This document shows, piece after piece, positions 39,002 to 48,910 of a DNA stretch of 64,000 bases. The stretch spans positions 448,410 through 512,409 of the forward strand of contig JBMORP010000006.1 of the NCBI GenBank assembly GCA_049322655.1, in the 5' to 3' direction. Below the pieces are notes generated by a model, which had not been told where the DNA came from, searched no databases, and saw only the letters and a list, made by a program, of their open reading frames with translations. The position numbers and the translations under genes were made by a program. The stretch is from Patescibacteria group bacterium (GTDB lineage Bacteria > Patescibacteriota > Microgenomatia > UBA1400 > PJMF01). Position 1 is the first letter of the stretch. Each line of letters starts with the position of its first letter.

Positions 39002-39454
39002 ATGCTGTTGCTAAAAAATAAAAAAGCTTTCCATCAGTATGAGATCAAAGAGAAAATTCAAGCAGGAATTGTTCTCACTGGTCCTGAAGTTAAAAGTCTC
39101 CGCAATAAAAGTGGCAGTTTAACTGGTAGTTACGTCAAAGTTTTAAATAATGAATTATTTTTACTTGGCACCCAAATTACTCCTTATAAATTTGCTGATA
39201 ATAGTAATTACGACCCCAAAAGAACTAGAAAGTTACTAGTTAAAAAAAGACAAATTTTTCACATCATGACTGTTACTGACAAAAAAGGTTGGGCCGCTGT
39301 GCCACTATCGATTGAATTAGAAGGAAAAAATATCAAGTTAGTTATTGGACTAGGTCGTGGTAAACAAGAATTTGAAAAAAGAGAAGTTTTGAAAAATAGA
39401 GCGCTAAAAAGAGCAATGCAAAAAGAAATTAAGCAAGCACATCTAAAGTTCTAA
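39002..39454 (+). CDS. smpB: SsrA-binding protein SmpB
   Basis: NKKA...Y, AGIVL.G.EVKS.R, RTRKLL, GRGK..FEKR. Confidence 0.95.
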   Translation: MLLLKNKKAFHQYEIKEKIQAGIVLTGPEVKSLRNKSGSLTGSYVKVLNNELFLLGTQITPYKFADNSNYDPKRTRKLLVKKRQIFHIMTVTDKKGWAAVPLSIELEGKNIKLVIGLGRGKQEFEKREVLKNRALKRAMQKEIKQAHLKF

Positions 39455-39593
39455 ACTGTAAAAACATTACCTAATACCCAATTCCTACCCAACACCCCTT
39501 TCCCCCCGTGGGTAAGTGTCTCACCACAACCTGACAATTTTCGGTTGTTTTGCTGCTGGTGCCTTTTTGATAAAAAAAGTAAGATTATTTTTA

Positions 39594-41150
39594 ATGACGC
39601 TAAAGAAAAAAATTACCAAGTTAATACCATGGTTACTTTTCTTAGTTCTTGCTTTCACTTATACCTTCATCTTAGCCAAACCGATTGATTTAACTATCAC
39701 CGATATTGGTCGTCATTTAGTTAATGGTCGAGAAATTATCAATCAACACTGGCAAGTAGTCTTCACAAACACCTACTCATATACCATGCCAGATCAAAAC
39801 TTCATCAATCATCATTGGTTAACTGGTGTAATATTTTGGCTAATTTTTTCAGTTGGAGATTTTTTTTACTTACATCTTTTTCATACTGTTATCTTGTTAA
39901 GTTTTCTAGGTTGTTTTTTTTACTTACTGAGAAGTAAAAGCTCCACTAGTGTTGGCTTTTTTGTCAGTCTATTAGCTTTAGTTTTTTTGGCAACTAGAAC
40001 AGAAATTAGACCAGAAAGTTTTGGTTACTTATTAAGCTCAATTTATCTGATTATCATCAACCACATTCAAAAAACTAAAAAAATTAGTTTTAAAACCATA
40101 GCTGGAGTTTTTTTGTTACAACTGATTTGGGTAAACCTGCATATTTCTTTTGTCTTTGGTTTGTTTGTTTTTGGACTGTTTGGCTTATTAGAACTAGGCT
40201 CTCAACACACTTTAAAAAAAGAAAACAAAAGAAATTTAATTATCCTGCTCATCGTTATTGTTTTAACTGCTCTTTTTAATCCCAATACCATTCAAGGAGC
40301 CCTGACTCCATTCACAATTTTTCAAGATTATGGCTACAAAGTTTTTGAAAACCAAAATCTATGGTTTCTCAGGTCTTTTTATCCTGGCCCAATTATTCCC
40401 CTGTTTTACTTGACTGCAATCACAACTATTGTGTTTCTTTTTGTTTTTTCAGAAGCGCCGCTCTTTGACAAAGCCTTGGCTGTAACTGGTATTTTTTTGG
40501 GTTGGACAGCTTTGAGAAATATGCCAATCTTTGTAATTTTTGCTTTTCCTTTTTTGGCTATCGCTCTACAAGAACTAATTAAAAATTTAAAAAATAACTT
40601 CACCTTTGAAGAACCAAAACTTGCTCGATTTTTATTTTTAATTATCCCTTTGATTATGTTCTGGTTAACTTTAGCCTTTCATCCTTTTTTCAAAAAAAAT
40701 AGCAAAGCTTTTGAGTTTGGTTTAATTAATGGTCAACAAGAAACGATCGAATTTTTACAAAAACTTCCAGAAGGAAGTCGTATTTTCAATAATTATGATG
40801 TTGGCAGTGCCTTGGTTTTCTCTCTCTATCCCAAACAAAAAGTATTTGTCGATAATCGACCAGAAGCCTACTCTTCTTCATTCTTTCAAAACCTCTATAT
40901 TCCAGCTCAAAGCAGTGAAACCACCTGGGAAAAAGCCGTTTTAACTTACCAGTTTGACTTTATCATTTTTGGTCATAGAGATATTACTCCCTGGGCTCAA
41001 ATCTTTATCAAAAATAGATTAAGAGATAGCAACTGGAAAATGATCTATATTGACGATTTTATTTTCATTTTTGCCAAGGACACTCCAGATAATAAAACAC
41101 TAATTGAACAGTATTCAGTAGAAGTCCCCTTGTCTCGACTTAAAATTTAA
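39594..41150 (+). CDS. Polytopic GT-C-like membrane protein
   Basis: D.GRHL..G, NHHWL, RPE, WVNLH.SF, FNNYD.G, VFVDNRPEAY. Confidence 0.7.
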   Translation: MTLKKKITKLIPWLLFLVLAFTYTFILAKPIDLTITDIGRHLVNGREIINQHWQVVFTNTYSYTMPDQNFINHHWLTGVIFWLIFSVGDFFYLHLFHTVILLSFLGCFFYLLRSKSSTSVGFFVSLLALVFLATRTEIRPESFGYLLSSIYLIIINHIQKTKKISFKTIAGVFLLQLIWVNLHISFVFGLFVFGLFGLLELGSQHTLKKENKRNLIILLIVIVLTALFNPNTIQGALTPFTIFQDYGYKVFENQNLWFLRSFYPGPIIPLFYLTAITTIVFLFVFSEAPLFDKALAVTGIFLGWTALRNMPIFVIFAFPFLAIALQELIKNLKNNFTFEEPKLARFLFLIIPLIMFWLTLAFHPFFKKNSKAFEFGLINGQQETIEFLQKLPEGSRIFNNYDVGSALVFSLYPKQKVFVDNRPEAYSSSFFQNLYIPAQSSETTWEKAVLTYQFDFIIFGHRDITPWAQIFIKNRLRDSNWKMIYIDDFIFIFAKDTPDNKTLIEQYSVEVPLSRLKI

Positions 41151-41229
41151 TTTACTATCAATAGTACAGGTTATCTGCCTCTTCTCATTAATTAGTACTA
41201 GTTAGAGAAGCTTAACCTCAAAGGAAATT

Positions 41230-41448
41230 ATGCCTAAAAAAGTATTTTGGCCAGTAAGTTTAGTCATTATGGGTTTAATTTTTTTAGCCTCTAATATGGG
41301 CTATTTACCAGCTAGATTTTGGAATCTTTGGCCAATTATTTTGATCGTAGTTGGTTTGGGTGGTTTGCTCACTTCAGATAGAGATGAATGGATAGAAGAA
41401 CCAAAGAAAAAAACTGCCAAAAAAAGAACTACTAAGAAAAGAAAATAA
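41230..41448 (+). CDS. Small LiaF-TM/DUF5668-like membrane protein with Lys-rich tail
   Basis: G.IFL..N.G.......LWP.ILI..G pattern. Confidence 0.7.
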   Translation: MPKKVFWPVSLVIMGLIFLASNMGYLPARFWNLWPIILIVVGLGGLLTSDRDEWIEEPKKKTAKKRTTKKRK

Positions 41449-41463
41449 AAATTAAAGTAAAGA

Positions 41464-41494
41464 AGAAGGGGTCAAATTTACCCCTTCTTTTTTT
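41464..41494 (+). terminator. Intrinsic terminator
   Basis: AGAAGGGG...CCCCTTCT-TTTTT. Confidence 0.75.
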
Positions 41495-41509
41495 ACCTAG
41501 AAAGATCAT

Positions 41510-42211
41510 ATGGGCAGTAATTACTTTCATATAGCTATCGATGGACCAGTTGCAGCTGGTAAAGGAACTGTTTCTAGATTAGTTGCCCAAAGACTAAATT
41601 TCTTATATGTCGATACCGGTGCCATGTATCGCATGACAGCCTATCTGGCTTTTACTCATAACGTGCCCTATTCCAACGAACAAACAATTGTTGAATTAAT
41701 TAAAAAATCAAAAATGGAGATGAGAAATCCCAATGATAAAGAAAAAGATGGCCGATTAACAACCGTGTTCTTGGACGATGATGACGTTTCCTGGAAAATT
41801 AGAACCGAAGAAATCAGCCAAGGCTCATCAAAAGTAGCTGTTCTACCAGCGGTCAGAAAAGTATTAGTTGAAAAACAACAACAAATAGCCAAAGGCCAGA
41901 ATGTCATTATGGAAGGACGTGATATCACTCACACGGTTCTACCCGAAGCAGAATTAAAAATCTATTTAACAGCCAAAACCAAAGAAAGAGCTGAAAGAAG
42001 ATTACTCCAACTTCAACAAAAAGGCATCGATACCACTTTACAACAAGTGATGAGTGATATTGAACAAAGAGATGAAAGAGATATGAATCGAGCCACTGAT
42101 CCACTCAAAAAAATACCTGAAGCTTGGGAAATAGATACTTCTAATTTATCAATCGAAAAAGTAGTTGATAAAATTGTCGCTAAAGTAGAAGCAATGAGAA
42201 TAAAAAAATGA
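41510..42211 (+). CDS. cmk: Cytidylate kinase (bacterial type)
   Basis: IAIDGPVAAGKGT, DTGAMYR, MEGRDI, RDERD. Confidence 0.95.
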   Translation: MGSNYFHIAIDGPVAAGKGTVSRLVAQRLNFLYVDTGAMYRMTAYLAFTHNVPYSNEQTIVELIKKSKMEMRNPNDKEKDGRLTTVFLDDDDVSWKIRTEEISQGSSKVAVLPAVRKVLVEKQQQIAKGQNVIMEGRDITHTVLPEAELKIYLTAKTKERAERRLLQLQQKGIDTTLQQVMSDIEQRDERDMNRATDPLKKIPEAWEIDTSNLSIEKVVDKIVAKVEAMRIKK

Positions 42212-42405
42212 CCAAAGATCCTGAAGAAATTAAAGATATCCAAGAAAAAACTATTAAAACAGAAGAAAAACTGCTCAAAAAGAAAAAAGAACGAGACAGT
42301 AAAAATCCAAAAGAAGAAACTTCTGCTCAAGAAAAACTAATCGCTCCAACTTTACTAGTGATTACTCTGTTGTTGTCTTACCTTATTTATCTTTTTAAAA
42401 ACTAG
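42208..42405 (+). CDS. Small tail-anchored hypothetical protein
   Basis: ATGA overlap with cmk; C-terminal hydrophobic helix. Confidence 0.55.
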   Translation: MTKDPEEIKDIQEKTIKTEEKLLKKKKERDSKNPKEETSAQEKLIAPTLLVITLLLSYLIYLFKN

Positions 42406-44813
42406 TTACTAATCATTGCTCCTCCACCCAATTGGTCTCGTGGTTGTTCTTTATCTTTTGGCAGAAATGAATTTTCATTACAAGCAAATCTTGGTTCTTG
42501 CCCCTTGATAAAAATTTCTTTGCTTATATAAGGACATTGTTGACAGGGTAAAGTCCCAGTGGCTTTACAAATCGACACCTCAACCAAACCTTCAGGTAAA
42601 ACAAATTGATGGGGCTCATTATCATCAAGTAATAACCTCATTACTTTGTTCCAGATTGGTGAAGCTCCAGTAATACCAGAAGCAACATAGCTCATTGGTG
42701 TATTGTCGTTGTTACCCACCCAAACAGCCACTAAGCGGTCAGTAGTATAACCAACTGCCCAGTTATCTCGCAAACTATTAGTTGTCCCGGTTTTAACCGC
42801 AACTTGTTGGTTTGGGATATTTAAAACCGAGTAAGGACCAAAGGCAGGAGTTCGAGCTGTGTTGTCTGCCAAGATATCACTGATCAAAAACGATGCTTCT
42901 GGAGAAAAAACCTGGTTATCAAAACAATCTCTTTGCTCAAAAACACACTTGTTTTCATACCAAGTTTGACCATCGTTAGTGTGCACTTCTAATAAAGGAT
43001 TTAATTTCGCCAAATTACCTTGATTAGCAAAAACACCATAAACCTGTGACAACTCAAACATCGTCACTTCACCACCGCCTAAAGTTAAAGATAAACCAAA
43101 ACGACTTCTGTCTTTCCAAGTAGTAATACCAGCTTCTTCTGCTTTGTCTAAAAATTGATTAAGACCAATCTCTGCTAACGTTTTTACAGCTGGAATATTG
43201 TAAGAAGAAGCTAACGCTTCTCTTAAAGTAACCAAACCATGAAACTTTCCATCATAGTTTTGTGGAGCATAAGGTGGACTACCAACTGTCTGATAAACAA
43301 TCGGCGAATCATCAATAATCGTTGATGGGCTCTTACCATTTTCTAGAGCAATAGCATAAGTTAAAGGTTTGATTGACGAACCTGGTTGTCTAGGTCTTAA
43401 AACGACATTGACTTGGCCATCATGGGCAAAATCAAAGTAGTCTTTAGAACCCACCATAGCCAAGATTTCACCGGTTTCTGGCTTGGTTACCAAGACTGCT
43501 CCATTGCCCACTTTTAGCGCTTCTAATCTAAGCAGTTCTTGAGCTAAAATCTGCTCGACCTCTTTTTGTAAATCTAGGTCCAAAGTCGTTCTAACCTCAA
43601 AACCGGCTGTTTGTAGAACATCTTCCCCATATTTTTCAGCCAAAAGTTTTTTAACGTACATGACAAAATGTGGTGCCTGAATATCGATTTTATCTTCAGC
43701 AAAAACTATTTTGGTTTGCTGTGCTTCAACTAACTGTTGGTGAGAAATATAGCCATCTTCAAACATTCTTCTCAAAACTTCTTCCTGTCTAGCAAAAGCC
43801 AATTCAGGATTAGAACCAAAAGGTGAATAAATCGAAGGAGCAGCCGGCAAACCAGCCAATAAAGCTGCTTCTGCTAAGTTCAAATCTCTCGCTGATTTAT
43901 TAAAGTAACGCCAAGCAGCCTCTTCAACTCCATAAGTTGAACCTCCATAAGAAACTTGATTTAAATACATTTCCAAAATCTCATCCTTGTTATAAACCCC
44001 CTCTGTTAAAACCGCCAAAACTAATTCTCTAATTTTTCTTTGAACAGTTCTTTCTGGACTAAGTAAGCGATTTTTGATTAATTGCTGAGTAATAGTTGAG
44101 CCTCCTTGTTTAATCGTTTCTTCTTTTGAATTAGCAACCAAAGCTCTCGTAATTCCAGTTAAAGAAAAGCCATGATGGTGATAAAAATCTTTGTCTTCGA
44201 TAGCAATCGTCGCGTTAATCAAGTATGGAGAAACAGCTGCTAAAGGAACTAAAGTTCTATTTTCGTCTTCATAGATTCTAAATAAAACTTTACCATTTCT
44301 ATCCAAAATTCTAGTTGTCTGCAGTGGCTTTTTTTGAGTTAAATCTAAAACAGAAGGTAATCCTTTAAAAACATAATCATAGCTAAACCAAGAAAAGCTA
44401 AGAATTAACACTGTAAAAAAAGCAGACCAGAAATTAACCCAAGCAATTCTGGGTAAAAAATAAACTTTAGTTATTTTTTTAGGTCGGCCTCTTTTTCTTT
44501 TAGCGCCAAAAAAAATTAATAACTTCTTTTGCAAAAAATAATATTTTTTAAAAAAAATTAAATAATTTTGTTCTATTTTTTTGAAAAATATTTTTTTTCT
44601 AGCTGAATAATCTTGAAAAAATTTAGAAGTTTTTCTTGGACGACCTTTTTTACGGTAAAAACCAAGCTTAACTAAAACTGCATAACCTCTGGAATATGTT
44701 TCATCTAAGTATTTATTCCAGTTTTTTTTCTTTTTTTTAAAATAAACAATAATATTTTTTCTGAAGTGATAAAAAAAAGATTTTTTTGGTCGTCCTCTTT
44801 TCCTGCTGGCCAT
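42402..44813 (-). CDS. Class A penicillin-binding protein (PBP1A family) with N-terminal AT-hook repeats
   Basis: GT51 motifs EDKDFY.H.G, GGSTITQQL, RK.RE; transpeptidase SSIK, SYN, KTG. Start ATG 44813. Confidence 0.95.
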   Translation of the reverse strand: MASRKRGRPKKSFFYHFRKNIIVYFKKKKKNWNKYLDETYSRGYAVLVKLGFYRKKGRPRKTSKFFQDYSARKKIFFKKIEQNYLIFFKKYYFLQKKLLIFFGAKRKRGRPKKITKVYFLPRIAWVNFWSAFFTVLILSFSWFSYDYVFKGLPSVLDLTQKKPLQTTRILDRNGKVLFRIYEDENRTLVPLAAVSPYLINATIAIEDKDFYHHHGFSLTGITRALVANSKEETIKQGGSTITQQLIKNRLLSPERTVQRKIRELVLAVLTEGVYNKDEILEMYLNQVSYGGSTYGVEEAAWRYFNKSARDLNLAEAALLAGLPAAPSIYSPFGSNPELAFARQEEVLRRMFEDGYISHQQLVEAQQTKIVFAEDKIDIQAPHFVMYVKKLLAEKYGEDVLQTAGFEVRTTLDLDLQKEVEQILAQELLRLEALKVGNGAVLVTKPETGEILAMVGSKDYFDFAHDGQVNVVLRPRQPGSSIKPLTYAIALENGKSPSTIIDDSPIVYQTVGSPPYAPQNYDGKFHGLVTLREALASSYNIPAVKTLAEIGLNQFLDKAEEAGITTWKDRSRFGLSLTLGGGEVTMFELSQVYGVFANQGNLAKLNPLLEVHTNDGQTWYENKCVFEQRDCFDNQVFSPEASFLISDILADNTARTPAFGPYSVLNIPNQQVAVKTGTTNSLRDNWAVGYTTDRLVAVWVGNNDNTPMSYVASGITGASPIWNKVMRLLLDDNEPHQFVLPEGLVEVSICKATGTLPCQQCPYISKEIFIKGQEPRFACNENSFLPKDKEQPRDQLGGGAMISN

Positions 44814-44835
44814 GCTAGGCGAGATTATAACAAAA

Positions 44836-44857
44836 CTCCCCACTAAATAGTGGGGAG
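44836..44857 (-). terminator. Hairpin terminator after nrdJ
   Basis: CTCCCCACTA-AA-TAGTGGGGAG followed by TTTT on the minus strand. Confidence 0.7.
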
Positions 44858-44882
44858 AAATAAGCAATAAAAATTTTATTTT

Positions 44883-47054
44883 TTAGATTGGGCAAGCACC
44901 ACTTTCACATTTGAGATGGTCCAAGTTAATGTCTTCCAGCAAGCCATCTTCATCACTAATTTCACGAATAACTTTCATAAATTCATTGATATTAATTGCT
45001 TCTTCTGGTTGATATTCATAAGCTGTTGCATCAATCTTGGGCATCACACTACAAGTTCTAATTTGTGGCTGATATTTGGTTACCATCGCTTTGAATTTTT
45101 GATAGGAAACTTTATCTGGATCATATTTCAAAGTATAAGAAACTTGGTTACCAGTATCAGGTTCTAATGGTTTGCCAGCTTCATCGATACCTCTAATCCA
45201 ATATTTTTCTAGTAACATCAACCATTTATATTGTTCTTCAGGAGTAGCTTCAGCGGCAGTAACTAATTGGCCATTCATTCCCAATTTACAGATTTCTGGT
45301 TGAGTGGGAAAACCAACGACCGTAGTCCCTGGATAGCTTTTTAGTTCTCTAACTGGGTAACCCATTTTCTTATATTTCTTAACTAGTGGATCATCCTCTC
45401 TAAACTGCACCCAACGAATATATTCCCTCATGGCTGGTAAATGAGCTCCTTCAGAAAGACCAAAAAGTTTTGATGTAGTACCAGCTGGTTTAATCGTGGT
45501 ATTAGTATGAGGCAAATTAACTCCCAATTTTTTGGAGTATTTTTCAGCTTCATCAACCACTGCTCTTTTAAATCTAGCAATAGTTAACCAAAAGTCTTTA
45601 GCTTTTTTTTCATCAATTAAATCTCTAAAGCTGTAACCAAAAGCATTCCAAGCATACTCGTGAATACCAGTCATCCCCACTCCAATTCGGTTAGTTCTTT
45701 TAACCTCCCTGGTGTAAAGAGAATCCATGGTGTTAGTTCTAATCAAAGCTCTGGTAGCAACTCTGAAAGCTTCTTCAGCTGCTTCAACATCTGGAGCATG
45801 ATATGGCACCACATCAGCAATCACACAATAACCACCCAACATGTTAAGAGTAATCTCTCCACAAGGGTTGGGAATCTGCGTATAGTATTTAGCACCAGCT
45901 TTTTTAGCTACCTTGGCTAGTAATTTTCGAGCATTATTAGTTGGTTGATATTTTTTACTATCAGCATATTTACCATCAACATAACCGTTAAAACCTTTGT
46001 CATTTTGCACATACTTATGTTGATTAACAAAACCTGGCTCTCCAGTTTTGTCGTAGTAAGCTGCTTTCAAGATAGCATCCAAAACTTTCTTTGAATGTTT
46101 GGTTTTTTGTTTCCAAAACTTGTCATCAACAGCAACACTATTGTTAGCAGACCACAAAAAGCCACCTTTCTTGATCGAGATAAAATCAAAAATACCAGCA
46201 TCAGTCCAAGTTTTAACCGCAATTCTAGCGGCTCTTCTAGCGCCACCCACCAATACACACTCTGACAAATAGTGATCGACAAAAATAGTTTGTCGCCATG
46301 GTTCCATACCAGAATTTTTCACTGTCGCCACTTTCTGAATTGCTTTCATTAAAGGTCTGGGACCAGAAGCTGGTCTGTTCTGCATTCCTTTAATCTTGGC
46401 GCCTTTAGGTCTAACTTTGGAAAAATCAATAATTAACAAATCATCTTTGTATTTTTTCTCAAAGGCCATGGTTTCAATCTTCTCAATTGCTTGAGCCCAA
46501 CCTTCGCGCGTATCTGGTACCTCAAACCAAAAAACTTTACCATATTTATGCTTGGCATCTCGCACACTCTCATCTTCACCCCAAATAAAGTCTGGATGAT
46601 TCTCGTCTAAAACACAACGAATGATGGGCATCTGGTCCCAATCAACCACCATTAAATCATCATCATAGGCTCTACCCACACCAGAGCCATTCAACAATAA
46701 GTAAAATAACAAGAAAGAACTAGAAGCAGTACTACAGTTCGTAAAAACCTCCATATTTCTGCTGGGTTGAGTCTCATCACCATGTTGAAGGTGGCGACCA
46801 CTCATTAATAAAGAAGCATTAGCAATGTGTTTTTTTAATAATTCGTACTCAGCTTGTTGGTGTTTTTTGTCATTCTTAACCAACAAAGAATTGCCCAAGG
46901 CAACTCGGTCAGCTACTTCACTCCAAGTCTCAAGGTTGCCTTTTTCATCAGTACGCAAAATAGTTCTCTTAGCAACAGCTTCACCCAAGCCCTTAGCCAA
47001 TCTTCTATCGGTAAATTTCATTTTTTTCTTTGGTAGTGCTCCCGCTTGGGTCAT
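44883..47054 (-). CDS. nrdJ: Class II (adenosylcobalamin-dependent) ribonucleotide reductase, monomeric RTPR-like
   Basis: TNC, NPCGEI...C, TIKPAGT, C-terminal CESGACPI redox pair; no ATP cone. Confidence 0.88.
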   Translation of the reverse strand: MTQAGALPKKKMKFTDRRLAKGLGEAVAKRTILRTDEKGNLETWSEVADRVALGNSLLVKNDKKHQQAEYELLKKHIANASLLMSGRHLQHGDETQPSRNMEVFTNCSTASSSFLLFYLLLNGSGVGRAYDDDLMVVDWDQMPIIRCVLDENHPDFIWGEDESVRDAKHKYGKVFWFEVPDTREGWAQAIEKIETMAFEKKYKDDLLIIDFSKVRPKGAKIKGMQNRPASGPRPLMKAIQKVATVKNSGMEPWRQTIFVDHYLSECVLVGGARRAARIAVKTWTDAGIFDFISIKKGGFLWSANNSVAVDDKFWKQKTKHSKKVLDAILKAAYYDKTGEPGFVNQHKYVQNDKGFNGYVDGKYADSKKYQPTNNARKLLAKVAKKAGAKYYTQIPNPCGEITLNMLGGYCVIADVVPYHAPDVEAAEEAFRVATRALIRTNTMDSLYTREVKRTNRIGVGMTGIHEYAWNAFGYSFRDLIDEKKAKDFWLTIARFKRAVVDEAEKYSKKLGVNLPHTNTTIKPAGTTSKLFGLSEGAHLPAMREYIRWVQFREDDPLVKKYKKMGYPVRELKSYPGTTVVGFPTQPEICKLGMNGQLVTAAEATPEEQYKWLMLLEKYWIRGIDEAGKPLEPDTGNQVSYTLKYDPDKVSYQKFKAMVTKYQPQIRTCSVMPKIDATAYEYQPEEAININEFMKVIREISDEDGLLEDINLDHLKCESGACPI

Positions 47055-47075
47055 TGCTCCCTTTCCGTTTGATTA

Positions 47076-47525
47076 TTATTTTTCTAATTTGCTAATCTCA
47101 CCCTTAAAGTCTTCTAGACTGTCAAAATCTCGATAAACAGTCGCAAATAACAAGTAAGCCAAAGGATCTAGTTTTTTTAGTCTATTAATGACTAAATTAC
47201 CTATCTCCCAACTTTTGATCTCGGTAACATGCTTATCTCTAATTTTCGATTCAACCTCATTAATTAAAGTATCAATTTCTGCCACGGAGACAGGCCTTTT
47301 CCAAGTTGCTTTGATTAAACCTCTTTTGATTTTTTCCCGACTAAAGAACTCTTTAGAACCATTTTTTTTGATTACTTTTAAATCAATTCCTTCTGCACGT
47401 TCATAAGTAGTGAAACGACGTTTGCAACTTTCACATTCACGTCTCCTGCGAGTAGCCTCACCACCCTCGGCATCTCTGGAGTCAATGACTGCTAAATTGC
47501 TTTCTTTACAAAAAGGACACAACAT
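47076..47525 (-). CDS. nrdR: Transcriptional repressor NrdR
   Basis: CPFC..., DSR, RRRREC..C..RFTTYE and ATP cone. Start ATG 47525. Confidence 0.96.
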   Translation of the reverse strand: MLCPFCKESNLAVIDSRDAEGGEATRRRRECESCKRRFTTYERAEGIDLKVIKKNGSKEFFSREKIKRGLIKATWKRPVSVAEIDTLINEVESKIRDKHVTEIKSWEIGNLVINRLKKLDPLAYLLFATVYRDFDSLEDFKGEISKLEK

Positions 47526-47540
47526 ATTCTCTTCCCAATA

Positions 47541-47588
47541 CCACAATATATTGTGGTTTAGACAAATTTTCTGCACAACAAGTTGTAC
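47541..47588. promoter_or_regulatory. Tandem NrdR boxes
   Basis: CCACAATATATTGTGG (47541-47556) and GCACAACAAGTTGTAC (47573-47588), 32 bp apart. Confidence 0.85.
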
Positions 47589-47667
47589 AGAAAATTCTTA
47601 GGGTATAAAGAATCTCATATCGAACGGAATAGAGTCAATAGATAAAAAAAGATCAAAGATAATCAGC

Positions 47668-48192
47668 TTATTTGAGTTTTGTTAATAATAAGCTCTGCTC
47701 TTGAATTAAGCGGTCAAGCAACTGTTGTTGTTCATCATCAAAACTTGGTTTTAAAGCTAACACTTTTTCTCTAAATTGATCTGCCTGAAAAACCAGTTCT
47801 GACTTGGTTGCCTCATCAAGCCCTTCAGCTTCAATTAAACCCGTGTTTTGGTACTTATAAGCCTTAGTTAAAGTAGAAAAAGAAAGACTTTGATAACCTT
47901 TTTTCAATAGCTGTTCTGTAGCAACCAACCTTTGCCAACCATAAGAGATATTAAGCTCTGATTTTTTTTCTTCACTAGCTAAAGTCAGCCTAACTCGATC
48001 AAAAACCATAAAAACTGGATACAAAATATGATCAGGTAAAATCTCTTTTTCTAAATACATTTTTTTTTCAGTTAGTTGCAAAGATTTTCCTTGAGAAAAA
48101 ATTCTATTGGCAGAGAAAAAAGATAGAAAAACAATCAATAAACCAAAAACCAAAAAAATAAACTGAGGAGCTGTTTTAACAATAAATTTCAT
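47668..48192 (-). CDS. Membrane-anchored DUF5667-like protein
   Basis: N-terminal TM helix; ILPDH.LY motif. Confidence 0.6.
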   Translation of the reverse strand: MKFIVKTAPQFIFLVFGLLIVFLSFFSANRIFSQGKSLQLTEKKMYLEKEILPDHILYPVFMVFDRVRLTLASEEKKSELNISYGWQRLVATEQLLKKGYQSLSFSTLTKAYKYQNTGLIEAEGLDEATKSELVFQADQFREKVLALKPSFDDEQQQLLDRLIQEQSLLLTKLK

Positions 48193-48229
48193 AATTAGCT
48201 ACAAAAAAGGAGATTATATAATCTCCTGG

Positions 48230-48910
48230 TTAAAAGTGAAGTAACAACACCATTCCCCAAAGAGCTTGAGAAATTACTAAGGTATAACCATTTTCCTCAA
48301 CATAAAAAAGCAAAGCTTGACCCAAACCAAATAAACTCAGTAAAAATACTTGATAAGCAATTCCCAAGCCTTCAAAACGTAAAATAATATTGGGCAAGTG
48401 AAAAAGCAAAAAAATCGCAGTCACAAACAGCACCTGTTTAATTAATGACCACTTGGGAAATTGGGCTTTGGTTGCCAAAAAAACAAAGCTAAAAAAGAAT
48501 AAGGTCTCCCAAAAACCAGTTACTAGAGCCCAAAAAAACTCATACCAAAAAACTCCTGATTCAAAAGGATAAGCAGGCACCACTGTTCCTTTTTGCCAAA
48601 CCGCCAAAGTTGCCGCCAAAAAACCATATAAACCACCAATGGCGATTCCCATCATCAAACCACGCTTAACTTTATAGGAAGCAAAAGTATCGACAATTTC
48701 TCTTTGTTTGCTCACCAAAATATAAAGCCAAACAGGCAAACCAAAAAAAATTGTTTTACCAATTGATTCATCGAACCACACTGGAAAATCAAACAAACCT
48801 CGATAAAGAAACCAAAAAACAAAACTTAAAAAAAGTAATGGTAAAAAAGCCACCGTCGAAATACGTGGTTTGACAACTGTATGCTTAGTCTTTTTTCTTC
48901 TTGAGGGCAT
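48230..48910 (-). CDS. CPBP/Abi (CAAX protease-like) membrane protein with degenerate motifs
   Basis: GFWETLFF (canonical EExxxR), F.LFH (FxxxH), SQALW (HxxxN). Confidence 0.6.
   Translation of the reverse strand: MPSRRKKTKHTVVKPRISTVAFLPLLFLSFVFWFLYRGLFDFPVWFDESIGKTIFFGLPVWLYILVSKQREIVDTFASYKVKRGLMMGIAIGGLYGFLAATLAVWQKGTVVPAYPFESGVFWYEFFWALVTGFWETLFFFSFVFLATKAQFPKWSLIKQVLFVTAIFLLFHLPNIILRFEGLGIAYQVFLLSLFGLGQALLFYVEENGYTLVISQALWGMVLLLHF

Noticed and set aside
39455-39593. tmRNA or SRP RNA next to smpB
   Set aside because: Too short for tmRNA, with no tRNA-like ends. The SRP-like words AGCAGC and GTCAGG are in the wrong order and lack the GNRA-capped helix.
47526-47576. N-terminal extension of NrdR in the ORF track
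   Set aside because: It spans the NrdR boxes; the conserved start is M-x-CPFC at 47525.
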